From an uncultured Candidatus Binatia bacterium (GTDB lineage: Bacteria > Desulfobacterota > Binatia > Bin18), in assembly GCA_965200965.1 (NCBI GenBank), contig OZ241744.1:1312001-1376000 (forward strand): DNA of 64,000 nt, in the 5' to 3' direction. Position numbers and translations under genes: made by a program. Below the pieces are notes generated by a model. The model searched no databases, was not told the DNA's origin, and saw only the letters and a list, made by a program, of their open reading frames with translations. Of this stretch, positions 48,483 through 57,545 are shown one piece after another. Positions within the stretch are counted from its first letter, which is position 1. Each line of letters begins with the position of its first letter.

Positions 48483-48775
48483 ATGCCTGACCCAGTTCCT
48501 GGCCTACATGGCCGGCTGCAACCCGCACATCAAAGGCGGCTCTCATGGTGGTGGTCATGCCGTGGTACCCGGCTATCCGGGTTGCTGAAAACATGGCCAT
48601 GCTTGATGCCATGTCCGATGGGCGGGCGGTGTTCGGATTTGGCCGCGGCCTGTCACGCATTGGGTTTGAGGGTCTGCAATGCAATATGGGCGAATCGACA
48701 CGAGCGCATGACCGAGACAGCCCAGGCAGTCATGACCGGCCTCGAACAAGGCTATGTTGACTACATCGGTGCCGA
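48483..48775 (+). pseudogene. Fragmented luciferase-like monooxygenase remnant
   Basis: FLAYMAG, VVVMPWYPAIRVAENMAMLDAMSDGRAVFGFGRG and ETAQAVMTGLEQG occur in different frames and match the intact LLM at 53218-54315. Confidence 0.7.
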
Positions 48776-48836
48776 CCCGCTGTTCGATAGCGAGGACGCG
48801 GCTCCGCTACACGCAAATGGATGAACGGAGGACACG

Positions 48837-49916
48837 ATGGAGTTTGGCATCTGTATGGCGACGAAAATCGACGACTGGCAACTCATCAAGTACGCCGAAG
48901 AGCTGGGCTTTGACAGAGCCTGGGTCCCGGACTCGCAGATGATCTGGTCGGACTGTTATGCGGTACTGGCCCTGGCGGCTCACAATACCTCACGGATTCA
49001 GCTGGGAACCGGCGTTGCTATCCCTGGCACGCGCATTGCCCCGGTGACCGCCCACTCAATTGCCTCAATCAACCAGATCGCGCCGGGGCGGGCGTTTCTG
49101 GGCATCGGCACCGGTCACACCGCCATGCGGGTGATGGGCATGGAGCCGATGCGGATTCGGGACTTCCGTGAATACCTGCGCGTACTCCGGGGTCTGCTGC
49201 GGGGAGAGGAAGTCGAATATACGCTGGCAGACCGGACGCGCTCGATCCGGTTTCTGCACCAGGACCTGCGCTTTGTGAACCTGGACAATCCGATTCCCAT
49301 CTATGTCGCCGCCAACGGTCCGCGGGCGCTGAGAGTGGCCGGGGAGTTTGGCGACGGGCTGATCTCGGCCTTTAACGAGCGACCCGAGACGCTGGCCTCT
49401 CACCTCGACATCGTCCGGGCCGGGGCCGAGCAGGTCGACCGCAGCTTGCCGGAGCCGTTTCATACCGCGACGCTGATCACCTCGGTTGTGCTGCAACCCG
49501 GCGAGCGGCTGAACTCAGACCGGGTCATTGACGAGTGCGGCTCACAGGTCGCCGCCATTCTCCATTTTGTGTACGAACTCTATACACAGACCGCCAACGA
49601 GGACTTTATTCCTGAGGCGTTTCGCGGCGTCTGGGACGAGTACTGCGCGTCTGTCGACGCGATGGAAACGCCCCCGGAAAAACGCTATCTCCAGATTCAT
49701 AACGGCCACTGCACCTTCCTGGTTCCCGAAGAACGGCGCTTTATCACACCCGAAGCTATCCGGGGCGTGTGTCTGGTCGGGACGCCGGACGAGATCGTTG
49801 AGCAGATTCGGGCCGCCGAACAGGCCGGCCTCAGAGAGATTACGCTCCTCCCGCCCATGAAGTCGGCGCGGAAAGTGTTTGCGGATTTTGCCGAACATGT
49901 GATGAAACGCTGCTGA
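48837..49916 (+). CDS. Luciferase-like (LLM) flavin/F420-dependent oxidoreductase
   Basis: AEELGFDRAWVPDSQ, IQLGTGV, GRAFLGIGTG, PIYVAANGPRAL. Confidence 0.9.
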   Translation: MEFGICMATKIDDWQLIKYAEELGFDRAWVPDSQMIWSDCYAVLALAAHNTSRIQLGTGVAIPGTRIAPVTAHSIASINQIAPGRAFLGIGTGHTAMRVMGMEPMRIRDFREYLRVLRGLLRGEEVEYTLADRTRSIRFLHQDLRFVNLDNPIPIYVAANGPRALRVAGEFGDGLISAFNERPETLASHLDIVRAGAEQVDRSLPEPFHTATLITSVVLQPGERLNSDRVIDECGSQVAAILHFVYELYTQTANEDFIPEAFRGVWDEYCASVDAMETPPEKRYLQIHNGHCTFLVPEERRFITPEAIRGVCLVGTPDEIVEQIRAAEQAGLREITLLPPMKSARKVFADFAEHVMKRC

Positions 49917-50089
49917 AGACAGGGCGGACCGGCAGAGGCTTGAGGGATACGCCTGTAGTTGCCGCGCGACGGCTTGTCGGTGGCGGGGGTAGAAGATAAG
50001 CTCGGCTTCTGAAAAACCCCGAAAAATTTGAAGTTTTCTGATCACAGACATGAACAGTCGATCCAGCGGTCGTCAAAGGCTCAGGCGTC

Positions 50090-51772
50090 ATGCCACCGTC
50101 AAAACATGGGAAAGGCTCCAGCAATGCCACACCCGATGCAGTCCATAGCCAAACGGACCGCTCAAGTGGGGGGGGGGGCGACAGATCCCTGCTGCTTGTC
50201 GTCGGCCTCGCGCTACTGGGCACGCTACTCATACTGCTGCGTGAAATCAACTACGGGCCGGGCGTGAATTGGGACTCGGTCATGTACATGTCGGTTGCGG
50301 AAAATCTGGTCGCTGGAAAGGGGTTTGTCACCTTCCAGGGAAGCCCTTTGACGATCTGGCCGCCCCTGTTTCCGATGCTGCTGACGCCCGGGGTTTTCCT
50401 CGGGTTCGATGCGCAAGACAGCGCCGGCTTTGTGAACGCTGCAACATTTGGGTTGACCATTCTTTTTTCGGGCCTGTGGCTCCACAATCGGATTGCATCC
50501 GGGACGCTCATACTCTGGGCAACCCTCGCTGTCATGTTGTCCGTTCCCCTCACCCTTGCGGCAGTCGTGGTTATGTCCGAATCTCCCTTTGTCCTGTTTA
50601 GTCTGCTGGCGCTCATTTGGATAGAGAAATTCTTGCAGAGCCATGCACGCTCATCCCTGATCTGGGCGGCGATATTCACCGCCCTGGCGTGTCTCACCCG
50701 CTACATGGGCGGCACGCTGGCGATAGCCGTCGCGCTTCTGTTACTGTTGCAGAGAGGCGTGCCTCCGCGGACGAAGATCGGTCAGCTTGCCGTGTATTCA
50801 TTCATCGCGGTGACCCCAGTCCTCCTGTGGTTGTCGCGCAATATGCTGGTAGCGGGATCAACGACCGGGGGTCTTGTGGGTGGCTACTGGGAGCCGGTGA
50901 CTCCCCTGCTGGAGAATGGGCGTTTTACAGCGCAAACGCTGCTTGACTGGATAGTGCCGGCCTCAGAGCTTCCGCCCGGAATACAGGACATCGCTACGGT
51001 GCCGGCTACGGCCCTGGTCTTATCGGCAAGCGCCGCGGCTCAGGTTCTCCTCCGTCACTATCGCTCCGCCGGCGCGGCGGTCGATCTGACGCCGCTCACA
51101 CCTTTTGGCGTTTTCAGTCTGGTCTATATTGTCTTGCTCATTGCGTCAGGAGCGGTGGTCGAAACAGGGCGAGGCAATGTAGACCGCTATCTTACTCCGG
51201 TCTATGTTCCACTCGTGTTCATCACGGCTTTTATGCTGGACAAGCTGCTGAAGCATGGCTCTCTTGGGAAGAAAGGGAAACGCATTGGCCTGCTCCTGCC
51301 GACGGTCTTTTTCCTCTGGCTGACCTACCCCATTGCAAAGAATGTATGGCACGCCTCTATACATCTGGAGCGGGGGAGATGGATGGCAGACAAAAAATGG
51401 GCCAACTCGGAACTGCTCCAGCATATCAGGACGCCCTTGGCCCCCGGCGCGATCCGATATACGAACCGCCAAGTGGAGGTATATTTTCATACCGGTACCG
51501 TCATGAGGAAACTACCTGCACCAATGGCGTTGCATGACCTGAAGCAAGCCCTTCCGTCCCTGGCCGACGAAGTATACATCGCCTATTTCTTCGATAACCA
51601 GGGAAGGCCAAGCCTTACGACACAAATTGAGTCGCTAGGTTTTGAGCCGGTAGTACAAGCGACGGATGGCGTCGTGTATCACTACCGTGGGGAAAACCAG
51701 ACAGCGGTCCAGGAAAATAGGGGGGAGCAACAGCGTGGATGTCCAGCAGCCAACAGATGTCCCGCCATGTGA
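50090..51772 (+). CDS. ArnT/PMT-like (GT-C) polytopic membrane glycosyltransferase
   Basis: DSVMY...A, WPPLFP, MSESPF, LTRYMG, RYLTPVY; many TM helices; codon usage atypical for the window. Confidence 0.7.
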   Translation: MPPSKHGKGSSNATPDAVHSQTDRSSGGGGDRSLLLVVGLALLGTLLILLREINYGPGVNWDSVMYMSVAENLVAGKGFVTFQGSPLTIWPPLFPMLLTPGVFLGFDAQDSAGFVNAATFGLTILFSGLWLHNRIASGTLILWATLAVMLSVPLTLAAVVVMSESPFVLFSLLALIWIEKFLQSHARSSLIWAAIFTALACLTRYMGGTLAIAVALLLLLQRGVPPRTKIGQLAVYSFIAVTPVLLWLSRNMLVAGSTTGGLVGGYWEPVTPLLENGRFTAQTLLDWIVPASELPPGIQDIATVPATALVLSASAAAQVLLRHYRSAGAAVDLTPLTPFGVFSLVYIVLLIASGAVVETGRGNVDRYLTPVYVPLVFITAFMLDKLLKHGSLGKKGKRIGLLLPTVFFLWLTYPIAKNVWHASIHLERGRWMADKKWANSELLQHIRTPLAPGAIRYTNRQVEVYFHTGTVMRKLPAPMALHDLKQALPSLADEVYIAYFFDNQGRPSLTTQIESLGFEPVVQATDGVVYHYRGENQTAVQENRGEQQRGCPAANRCPAM

Positions 51773-51926
51773 CGCCGGGATGAACACGTCTCGTCTCGCG
51801 CTACGGTTCTTCGGTTGCGGCGACACGCACTCAATTGCTTGACATCCATGCTTCACCCCTCTGTGTCTCGTCTGCCGTGCTGCATGTCCCTGAAAGGCGC
51901 ACCGGCGTGGCAAAGGCGAGCCGCGG

Positions 51927-53117
51927 TCAGCCCTTTGGCAAACCCAGCACCCGCTCGCCAAGAATGTTGTGCTGAATCTCGCTGGTGCCGCCGGCAATCG
52001 TATACTGACGGGCGCTCAGCACCCGGTTGAGCCAGCGTGGGGCGTCGGGTACGGTATCGGTCCCGGCCTCAAGCAGTGCATACGGTCCCAGCAGTTCACT
52101 CACAAAGGCGCTAATGCGCACGCCGAGTTCGGAACTGGCCAGCTTCAAGATCGACCCTTCCGGCCCCGGCGGCTGGCTCTTGAGCTGCCGGGTCAGGCTG
52201 CGCAGGCGGGTATATTTCAGGGCTTCTTTTTCAATCTCAAACGCGGCCAGGCGCTGACGGACCCAGGTCTGCTGCCAGGCTGGTTTGCCGTCTATCTTGA
52301 CCCGTTTGGCCAACTCGGCCAGACGCCGAATCTGCGATCCGCCCCCACCCCCGCCGGCCGCGCTGCGTTCAAACATCAGGGTCGTGATAGCGACCTTCCA
52401 GCCCTCGTTTTTGGGTCCGAGCAGGTTGGCCTTCGGAATCCGCACATCCTCAAAAAACACCTCGTTAAAATGGCTGTGGCCGTTCATCAACACCAGCGGC
52501 CGGACGCTCACGCCCGGGGTGTTCATATCCAGCAGGAAATAGCTGATACCCTTGTGTTTGGGTGCCTCTGGATCGGTCCGGGCCAGCAACACCATCCAGT
52601 CGGCATACTGGGCCCCTGAGGTCCACACCTTTTGGCCGTTGACAATAAAATCGTCGCCGTCCTCAACCGCCCTGGTCTGTAAACTGGCCAGGTCGGAGCC
52701 TGAGCCTGGCTCGGAGTAACCCTGACACCAGACCAGCTCGCCTTTCAGAATACGCGGCAAAAAGTTGTGTTTCTGTTCTTCGGTTCCCCATTGGGCAATA
52801 GTCGGGCCGGCCAGCCCCAGGCCCACATAGCCCGGCAGGATTGGTGCCCGAGCCTGGGCGTACTCCTCGTTGTAGATAAGCTGCTCCATCAGCTCAGCGC
52901 CCTGGCCGCCGTACTCTTTGGGCCAAGCCAGGCCGACCCAGCCGGCCTGGTACAGCTTTTTATGCCAAGCCATGCGTTTGTCAAAAATCTCGCGGTTTGG
53001 CGCTACCCGCTCATCCATCGCGTCTTCGACCTTCAGCTCGGGCGGCAGATGCTTGACCAGCCAGTTCCGCACCCGCAGTCGAAACGCCTCCTGTTCAGGC
53101 GTGTATTGAAAATCCAT
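51927..53117 (-). CDS. Acyl-CoA dehydrogenase family protein
   Basis: WPKEYGG, CQGYSEPGSGSDLASL, NGQKVWTS, FNEVFFEDV, TIAGGTSEIQ. Confidence 0.93.
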   Translation of the reverse strand: MDFQYTPEQEAFRLRVRNWLVKHLPPELKVEDAMDERVAPNREIFDKRMAWHKKLYQAGWVGLAWPKEYGGQGAELMEQLIYNEEYAQARAPILPGYVGLGLAGPTIAQWGTEEQKHNFLPRILKGELVWCQGYSEPGSGSDLASLQTRAVEDGDDFIVNGQKVWTSGAQYADWMVLLARTDPEAPKHKGISYFLLDMNTPGVSVRPLVLMNGHSHFNEVFFEDVRIPKANLLGPKNEGWKVAITTLMFERSAAGGGGGGSQIRRLAELAKRVKIDGKPAWQQTWVRQRLAAFEIEKEALKYTRLRSLTRQLKSQPPGPEGSILKLASSELGVRISAFVSELLGPYALLEAGTDTVPDAPRWLNRVLSARQYTIAGGTSEIQHNILGERVLGLPKG

Positions 53118-53217
53118 GCGCTCTCCCTTCAGGGTCGGCGATGCGCTGGGCGAGAATGGCACCATCAAGCCGGCCTGGTCGGCCTGACGACGAGGCTCAC
53201 CGCCTGACCCTGCCTCG

Positions 53218-54315
53218 CTAGGCCACCGCTTTGTGGCCCAACTGCTGCAAGCGGGGCATAACCTCAGCCGCAAACAGCCGCAGGCTGCGTTCGCTGTCTT
53301 CGTAGGGCATCGCGCCGTAGCTGAAGACGCCGGTGAAGGCGTCGCAGCCGATTTTGGAGCGGATCTCCAGGACTTTGTCAAAACACTGCTCGGGCGTGCC
53401 CCATACCTGGAGGTTGAGAAAAAACTCGGTCACGCCCTCCACGCTGCCCATCGCCTCCGCCATCTTGCCGTAGTACTCGTAGCCCTTGGTCTTGCCGAAA
53501 TGGTCGCCGCCAAAGTTGTAGTGCTTCATGGCCGACTGCCAGTAGGCACCGATATAGCGGCGGGCCATCTCTTCGGCCCGGCCGGCGTCTTTGTCGCAGA
53601 AGACCCACCCGCCGGCGACCGGGGCCGGGGCCTCGGCCCCGTTGGTCTCGCGGTAGATGGTCCGGTAGGTGTCGAGCTCCACCGCCACATCTTCCCACGG
53701 CTTCTGGGGAATGATCAGGATACCGACGCCGAGCCGGGCCATGATCCCGGACGACTCGGGCGAGACCGCGGCGGCATATGTCCGGCCCTTGAAGGATTTG
53801 AACGGCTTGGGCCGGATGTCTTTCCTGGGCTGCTGATAGAACTGCCCCTGGTACTGGCAGTAGCCCCGCTCCAGGCCGGTCAGGACCATCTCGGCGGCCT
53901 CAATAAAGCGTTCGCGCGACTCGCCCATATTGACCCGGAAGCCCTCAAACTCGACCTGCCCGGCCCCCCGGCCCAGCCCCAGAATCAGCCGTCCGTCGCA
54001 CAGGTCGTCCAGCATGGCGATCTCTTCTGCCGCCCGCATCGGGTCGTGCCAGGGCAGCACAACGACCATTGAGCCGAGTTTGACCGTCTTGGTCCGGCCG
54101 GCCATATAGGTCAGGAATTGCAGCACATCGGGCACCATGGTGTAGTCGGTAAAATGATGCTCAACGCTCCAGATGGAATCAAAGCCGAGCGGTTCGGCCA
54201 AGTCGGCCAGCCGAACCTCGTTTTTGTAGACCTCATAGTCCGAGATCCTCTGAGCCGGGTTCTGGCAGATGGCGGCCATGCCGATCTCCATTGGCGAATC
54301 GGGTCGTGCGGTCAT
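53218..54315 (-). CDS. Luciferase-like monooxygenase
   Basis: AEPLGFDSIWSVEHHF, VVVLPWHDP.R.AEE, GRLILGLGRG. Confidence 0.92.
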   Translation of the reverse strand: MTARPDSPMEIGMAAICQNPAQRISDYEVYKNEVRLADLAEPLGFDSIWSVEHHFTDYTMVPDVLQFLTYMAGRTKTVKLGSMVVVLPWHDPMRAAEEIAMLDDLCDGRLILGLGRGAGQVEFEGFRVNMGESRERFIEAAEMVLTGLERGYCQYQGQFYQQPRKDIRPKPFKSFKGRTYAAAVSPESSGIMARLGVGILIIPQKPWEDVAVELDTYRTIYRETNGAEAPAPVAGGWVFCDKDAGRAEEMARRYIGAYWQSAMKHYNFGGDHFGKTKGYEYYGKMAEAMGSVEGVTEFFLNLQVWGTPEQCFDKVLEIRSKIGCDAFTGVFSYGAMPYEDSERSLRLFAAEVMPRLQQLGHKAVA

Positions 54316-54392
54316 AGTCCCTGTCCTCCTCTGTATGGATTCTGGAAAGCCCTGAGCCTACAGGCACAGAGCGATGGTTTCAACACGCCGGC

Positions 54393-56084
54393 TCAGGCCG
54401 CCACGCTCTGCACGATGCGTCCCGGCAGACCGCCCTGGTACTCGTTATGGGCAAACAGCACCTGGCCGTTGACAATGGTACAGGCCACGCCCTCGGCCCG
54501 TTCAATGAGCCGGGGCTTGCCCAGGGGCAGATCGTTGACCCATTCGCCAGGACAGGTCCCGACTGTGGTCGGATCAAACAGGACGAGGTCGGCGTCCAGG
54601 CCCGGGGCGAGCCGACCCTTTGTTCTGAGGTCCAGGAAGTCGGCCAACGCAGAGCTCACCCGCCGCACGCCTTCTTCCAGGCTCAGGAATTGCCGCTTGC
54701 GCACCCACTCACCCAGGATGTAGGTCGGCACCCCGGCTTCGCAGTGCTGGTCCACATGGGCACCGGCGTCTGACAGACCGATCAGGACATGGGGTAGATT
54801 CATGATCTCGCCGACCGCCTTCTGGTCAGCGTTGATGATCGACACCGTGACACCCAGCTCGGTCCGCTCTTCAACCGCCAGGTCCATCAGCACATTGACC
54901 GGGTCCTTGTCCAGACGGGCGGCCAACTCGGCCAGGCTGGCGTTCAGAAACGGCCGGTTGTGATCGGTCTTCACCCGGGCTATGCGCAGCCGGTCCCACT
55001 GGCCGCGGAACAGCAAACCGCGGCCGGCGGCGATATCATCACGGAAGGCCCGACGAAAGTCTGCCGAGCGGTACAGGGCCAACTGTTCCTCAACGCTCCG
55101 ATTAAACGCGCCCCTCCACGACGGCAGTTCAGAGAACAGAAACGGGTTGCGCAGGCTGTAGTATTGCGAGATGGGACGCGGGTTAACCTGGGGCGGGATA
55201 CGCAGCCCTTGCTCCAGAAACGGCCGTACCCGGGCGTGCATACGCTCACACGCGCCGGGCAGATCGGGCATGTGGAGCAGGGCCAGCCAGGTGACCGGCC
55301 GCTGGCTCTCGGTGGCCAAGTGGAGCAGCAGGGCAAGTTCTTCGTCTCCCAGTTCCCCGGCTTGGCGTAGCAGGGCAACTTCAATCACCCCTTTTTTCAG
55401 CTCGCGCATCACCCGGCTCAAGGCGCTCAACTCGGCTTTGCTGGTTAGACGGCTGGCCAGCGGTTTGCCCTGATAGCCGATGTGGCGCGGGATCAGGCTG
55501 AACGAGAAGCCGTAGGCCCCGGCCTGCATGGCTTGGCGAAAGAGGTCGGTCATCCGCTCAATTTCGTCCGCATTGGCCACCCGCTCAGACGCGGCTTCGC
55601 CCATGACATAAAAGCGCAGCGCCGACAGAGGGACTAAGAAGCCAGCGTTGATGCCGATGCCCTGCCGGGCAATAGCGCCCATATATTCGGGAAAACTCTC
55701 CCACTCCCACGACACTCCATTGAGCAACACGTCGTAGGGCATGGCCTCGACGTTGACCAAGTCCCAGGCCATGACCTCGCGCTCGGCCGGCCGGCACGGT
55801 GCCACGCCCACACCGCAGTTGCCCATCAGCACCGAGGTCACGCCGTGCCAGCACGAGCTGGTCAGCAGCGGGTCCCACGAGACCTGGGCGTCGTAATGGG
55901 TGTGGATATCGATAAAGCCGGGGGCCAGGACAAGCCCATCGGCGTTGAGTTCACGCTTGGCGCGGCCGGAGACCTTGCCGAGCTCAACGATTTTCCCGTC
56001 AGCAACCGCCAGCGACCCGCCGTACACCGGAGTCCCGACGCCGTCGCAGATCTGCGCGTTTTTGATTACCAAGTCGTATGTCAT
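54393..56084 (-). CDS. N-acyl-D-amino-acid deacylase family amidohydrolase
   Basis: PGFIDIHTHYDAQ, HGVTSVLMGNCG, SDAGAH. Confidence 0.9.
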   Translation of the reverse strand: MTYDLVIKNAQICDGVGTPVYGGSLAVADGKIVELGKVSGRAKRELNADGLVLAPGFIDIHTHYDAQVSWDPLLTSSCWHGVTSVLMGNCGVGVAPCRPAEREVMAWDLVNVEAMPYDVLLNGVSWEWESFPEYMGAIARQGIGINAGFLVPLSALRFYVMGEAASERVANADEIERMTDLFRQAMQAGAYGFSFSLIPRHIGYQGKPLASRLTSKAELSALSRVMRELKKGVIEVALLRQAGELGDEELALLLHLATESQRPVTWLALLHMPDLPGACERMHARVRPFLEQGLRIPPQVNPRPISQYYSLRNPFLFSELPSWRGAFNRSVEEQLALYRSADFRRAFRDDIAAGRGLLFRGQWDRLRIARVKTDHNRPFLNASLAELAARLDKDPVNVLMDLAVEERTELGVTVSIINADQKAVGEIMNLPHVLIGLSDAGAHVDQHCEAGVPTYILGEWVRKRQFLSLEEGVRRVSSALADFLDLRTKGRLAPGLDADLVLFDPTTVGTCPGEWVNDLPLGKPRLIERAEGVACTIVNGQVLFAHNEYQGGLPGRIVQSVAA

Positions 56085-56277
56085 GGTCTGCCTCCTTTTT
56101 GACGGCCGTCAGGATAGCCCGCCCCACACACTTTCTCTACCTTTGAGCTATGGGCTCCAGCACCTGGTCACCGGGAGTAAGCGGCCGCTTTCCTGGAACA
56201 TAGCCTGTGGTGTGGGGATGCTTCGAACCGCCGGGTCTGCTACATAAGGGCAGCTTTGGGAAAAACAGGAGGAAAGA

Positions 56278-57531
56278 ATGAGCTATGTATGGTTTGGTCT
56301 CTTCGTCGGCCTGCTGGTGGCTGGCGGCTGGCAGCCGGCTGTGGCCGAACAGACCGAAATGAGCGACGACCGTATCCAACAGGCTTTTTATCCATACGCC
56401 ATAGAGAAGCCGGCACTGGCCGGCCTGGAACCGGGCACAACAATCTCCGCCGACTCCTGGCAGGCCGCCCAGAACTATCTGCCGGCGGAAATCCTGGACA
56501 AGATCAAAGCCGGCGAGATGGCCTTCAGCATCCAGGAAACGACCGATTTACCGGTCAGCGAGGCGTATATTGCCGCCACCCGCCAGTACGCCGGACAGGT
56601 CCAGATTGGGGCCGACGGCGAGCTGAGCGGCTATGTCGCCGGCCTGCCCTTCCCCGCGCTTGACCCGGCCGACCCGCAGGCCGGGGAGAAGGCCGCCTGG
56701 AATATGCGCCACCGCGACCTCGGTGACAACGTCCAGGTGTGGAATACCCTCCGTCTGCTCGAAGAGTCCGGCCAAGCCGACCGCGAGTTTGAAAACTATT
56801 ATGTCCTGGCCCAGGGCATGTATCGGCCCCAGCCCGAGGCCAACCGCTGGGAAAAAGACGGGGTGCTGCAAAAAGAGTTCTTCCACATTATGACCCCGTT
56901 TGACCTCAAGAACACCATGAGCCTCAAGCACCGTTACGCCAAGGACAGCGCCAGGGACGCCGACTGGCTCTACACCCCGGCCAGCCGTAAGATCCGCAAG
57001 CTGATTGTCAAGCACGAGGACGCATCCTTTGATTCCGGCTTTCTGAACGAGGACTTCTTTGGCTACTCGGGCTACATCAACGCCAGTTCGTGGAAGCTGC
57101 TCGGCTCGCGCCTGATGCTCGCCCCGGTAGGTGCCAGGGTTGCCAGCGCCAGCTTTGGCGGCCGCGGCAACTGGTATCCGGTTGATCCCTGGGAGCTGCG
57201 CCACATGTGGGTGCTGGAAAATATCCCCAAGGCCGCTGACCATCCCTACAGCAAACGCCTGCTGTATATTGACCGGCAGATGTTTGTGCCGGTCTACATG
57301 CTGGCCTATGACCGGGCCGGTAAGCATTCCAAGACCCTGTTCGAGCTGTACGGCAACCCCCAGTTCAACCCCGGCAACGAACAGGTCCGCGTCCCCGTCT
57401 GGATCGGCGAGTCCATGATTGACTACGAGGGCCGCTTTGCCTCAATGACCGAGGTATCCAAGATCGTCTACAATCAGCCCTTGCCCGAGGACTTTTTTCA
57501 GCTCAACCAGATTGTGGCCCGCGGCCGCTAG
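56278..57531 (+). CDS. DUF1329 family periplasmic protein (LolA-like fold)
   Basis: Signal peptide; GLPFP.LDP.DP.AG.K.AWN, WLYTPASRKIRK, HPYSKR..YID, YDRAG. Confidence 0.8.
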   Translation: MSYVWFGLFVGLLVAGGWQPAVAEQTEMSDDRIQQAFYPYAIEKPALAGLEPGTTISADSWQAAQNYLPAEILDKIKAGEMAFSIQETTDLPVSEAYIAATRQYAGQVQIGADGELSGYVAGLPFPALDPADPQAGEKAAWNMRHRDLGDNVQVWNTLRLLEESGQADREFENYYVLAQGMYRPQPEANRWEKDGVLQKEFFHIMTPFDLKNTMSLKHRYAKDSARDADWLYTPASRKIRKLIVKHEDASFDSGFLNEDFFGYSGYINASSWKLLGSRLMLAPVGARVASASFGGRGNWYPVDPWELRHMWVLENIPKAADHPYSKRLLYIDRQMFVPVYMLAYDRAGKHSKTLFELYGNPQFNPGNEQVRVPVWIGESMIDYEGRFASMTEVSKIVYNQPLPEDFFQLNQIVARGR

Positions 57532-57545
57532 GGCAGGGGGACCGG

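Noticed and set aside
56194-56208. Possible sigma-54 promoter TGGAACATAGCCTGT upstream of DUF1329
   Set aside because: The -12 element is GT rather than the near-invariant GC.
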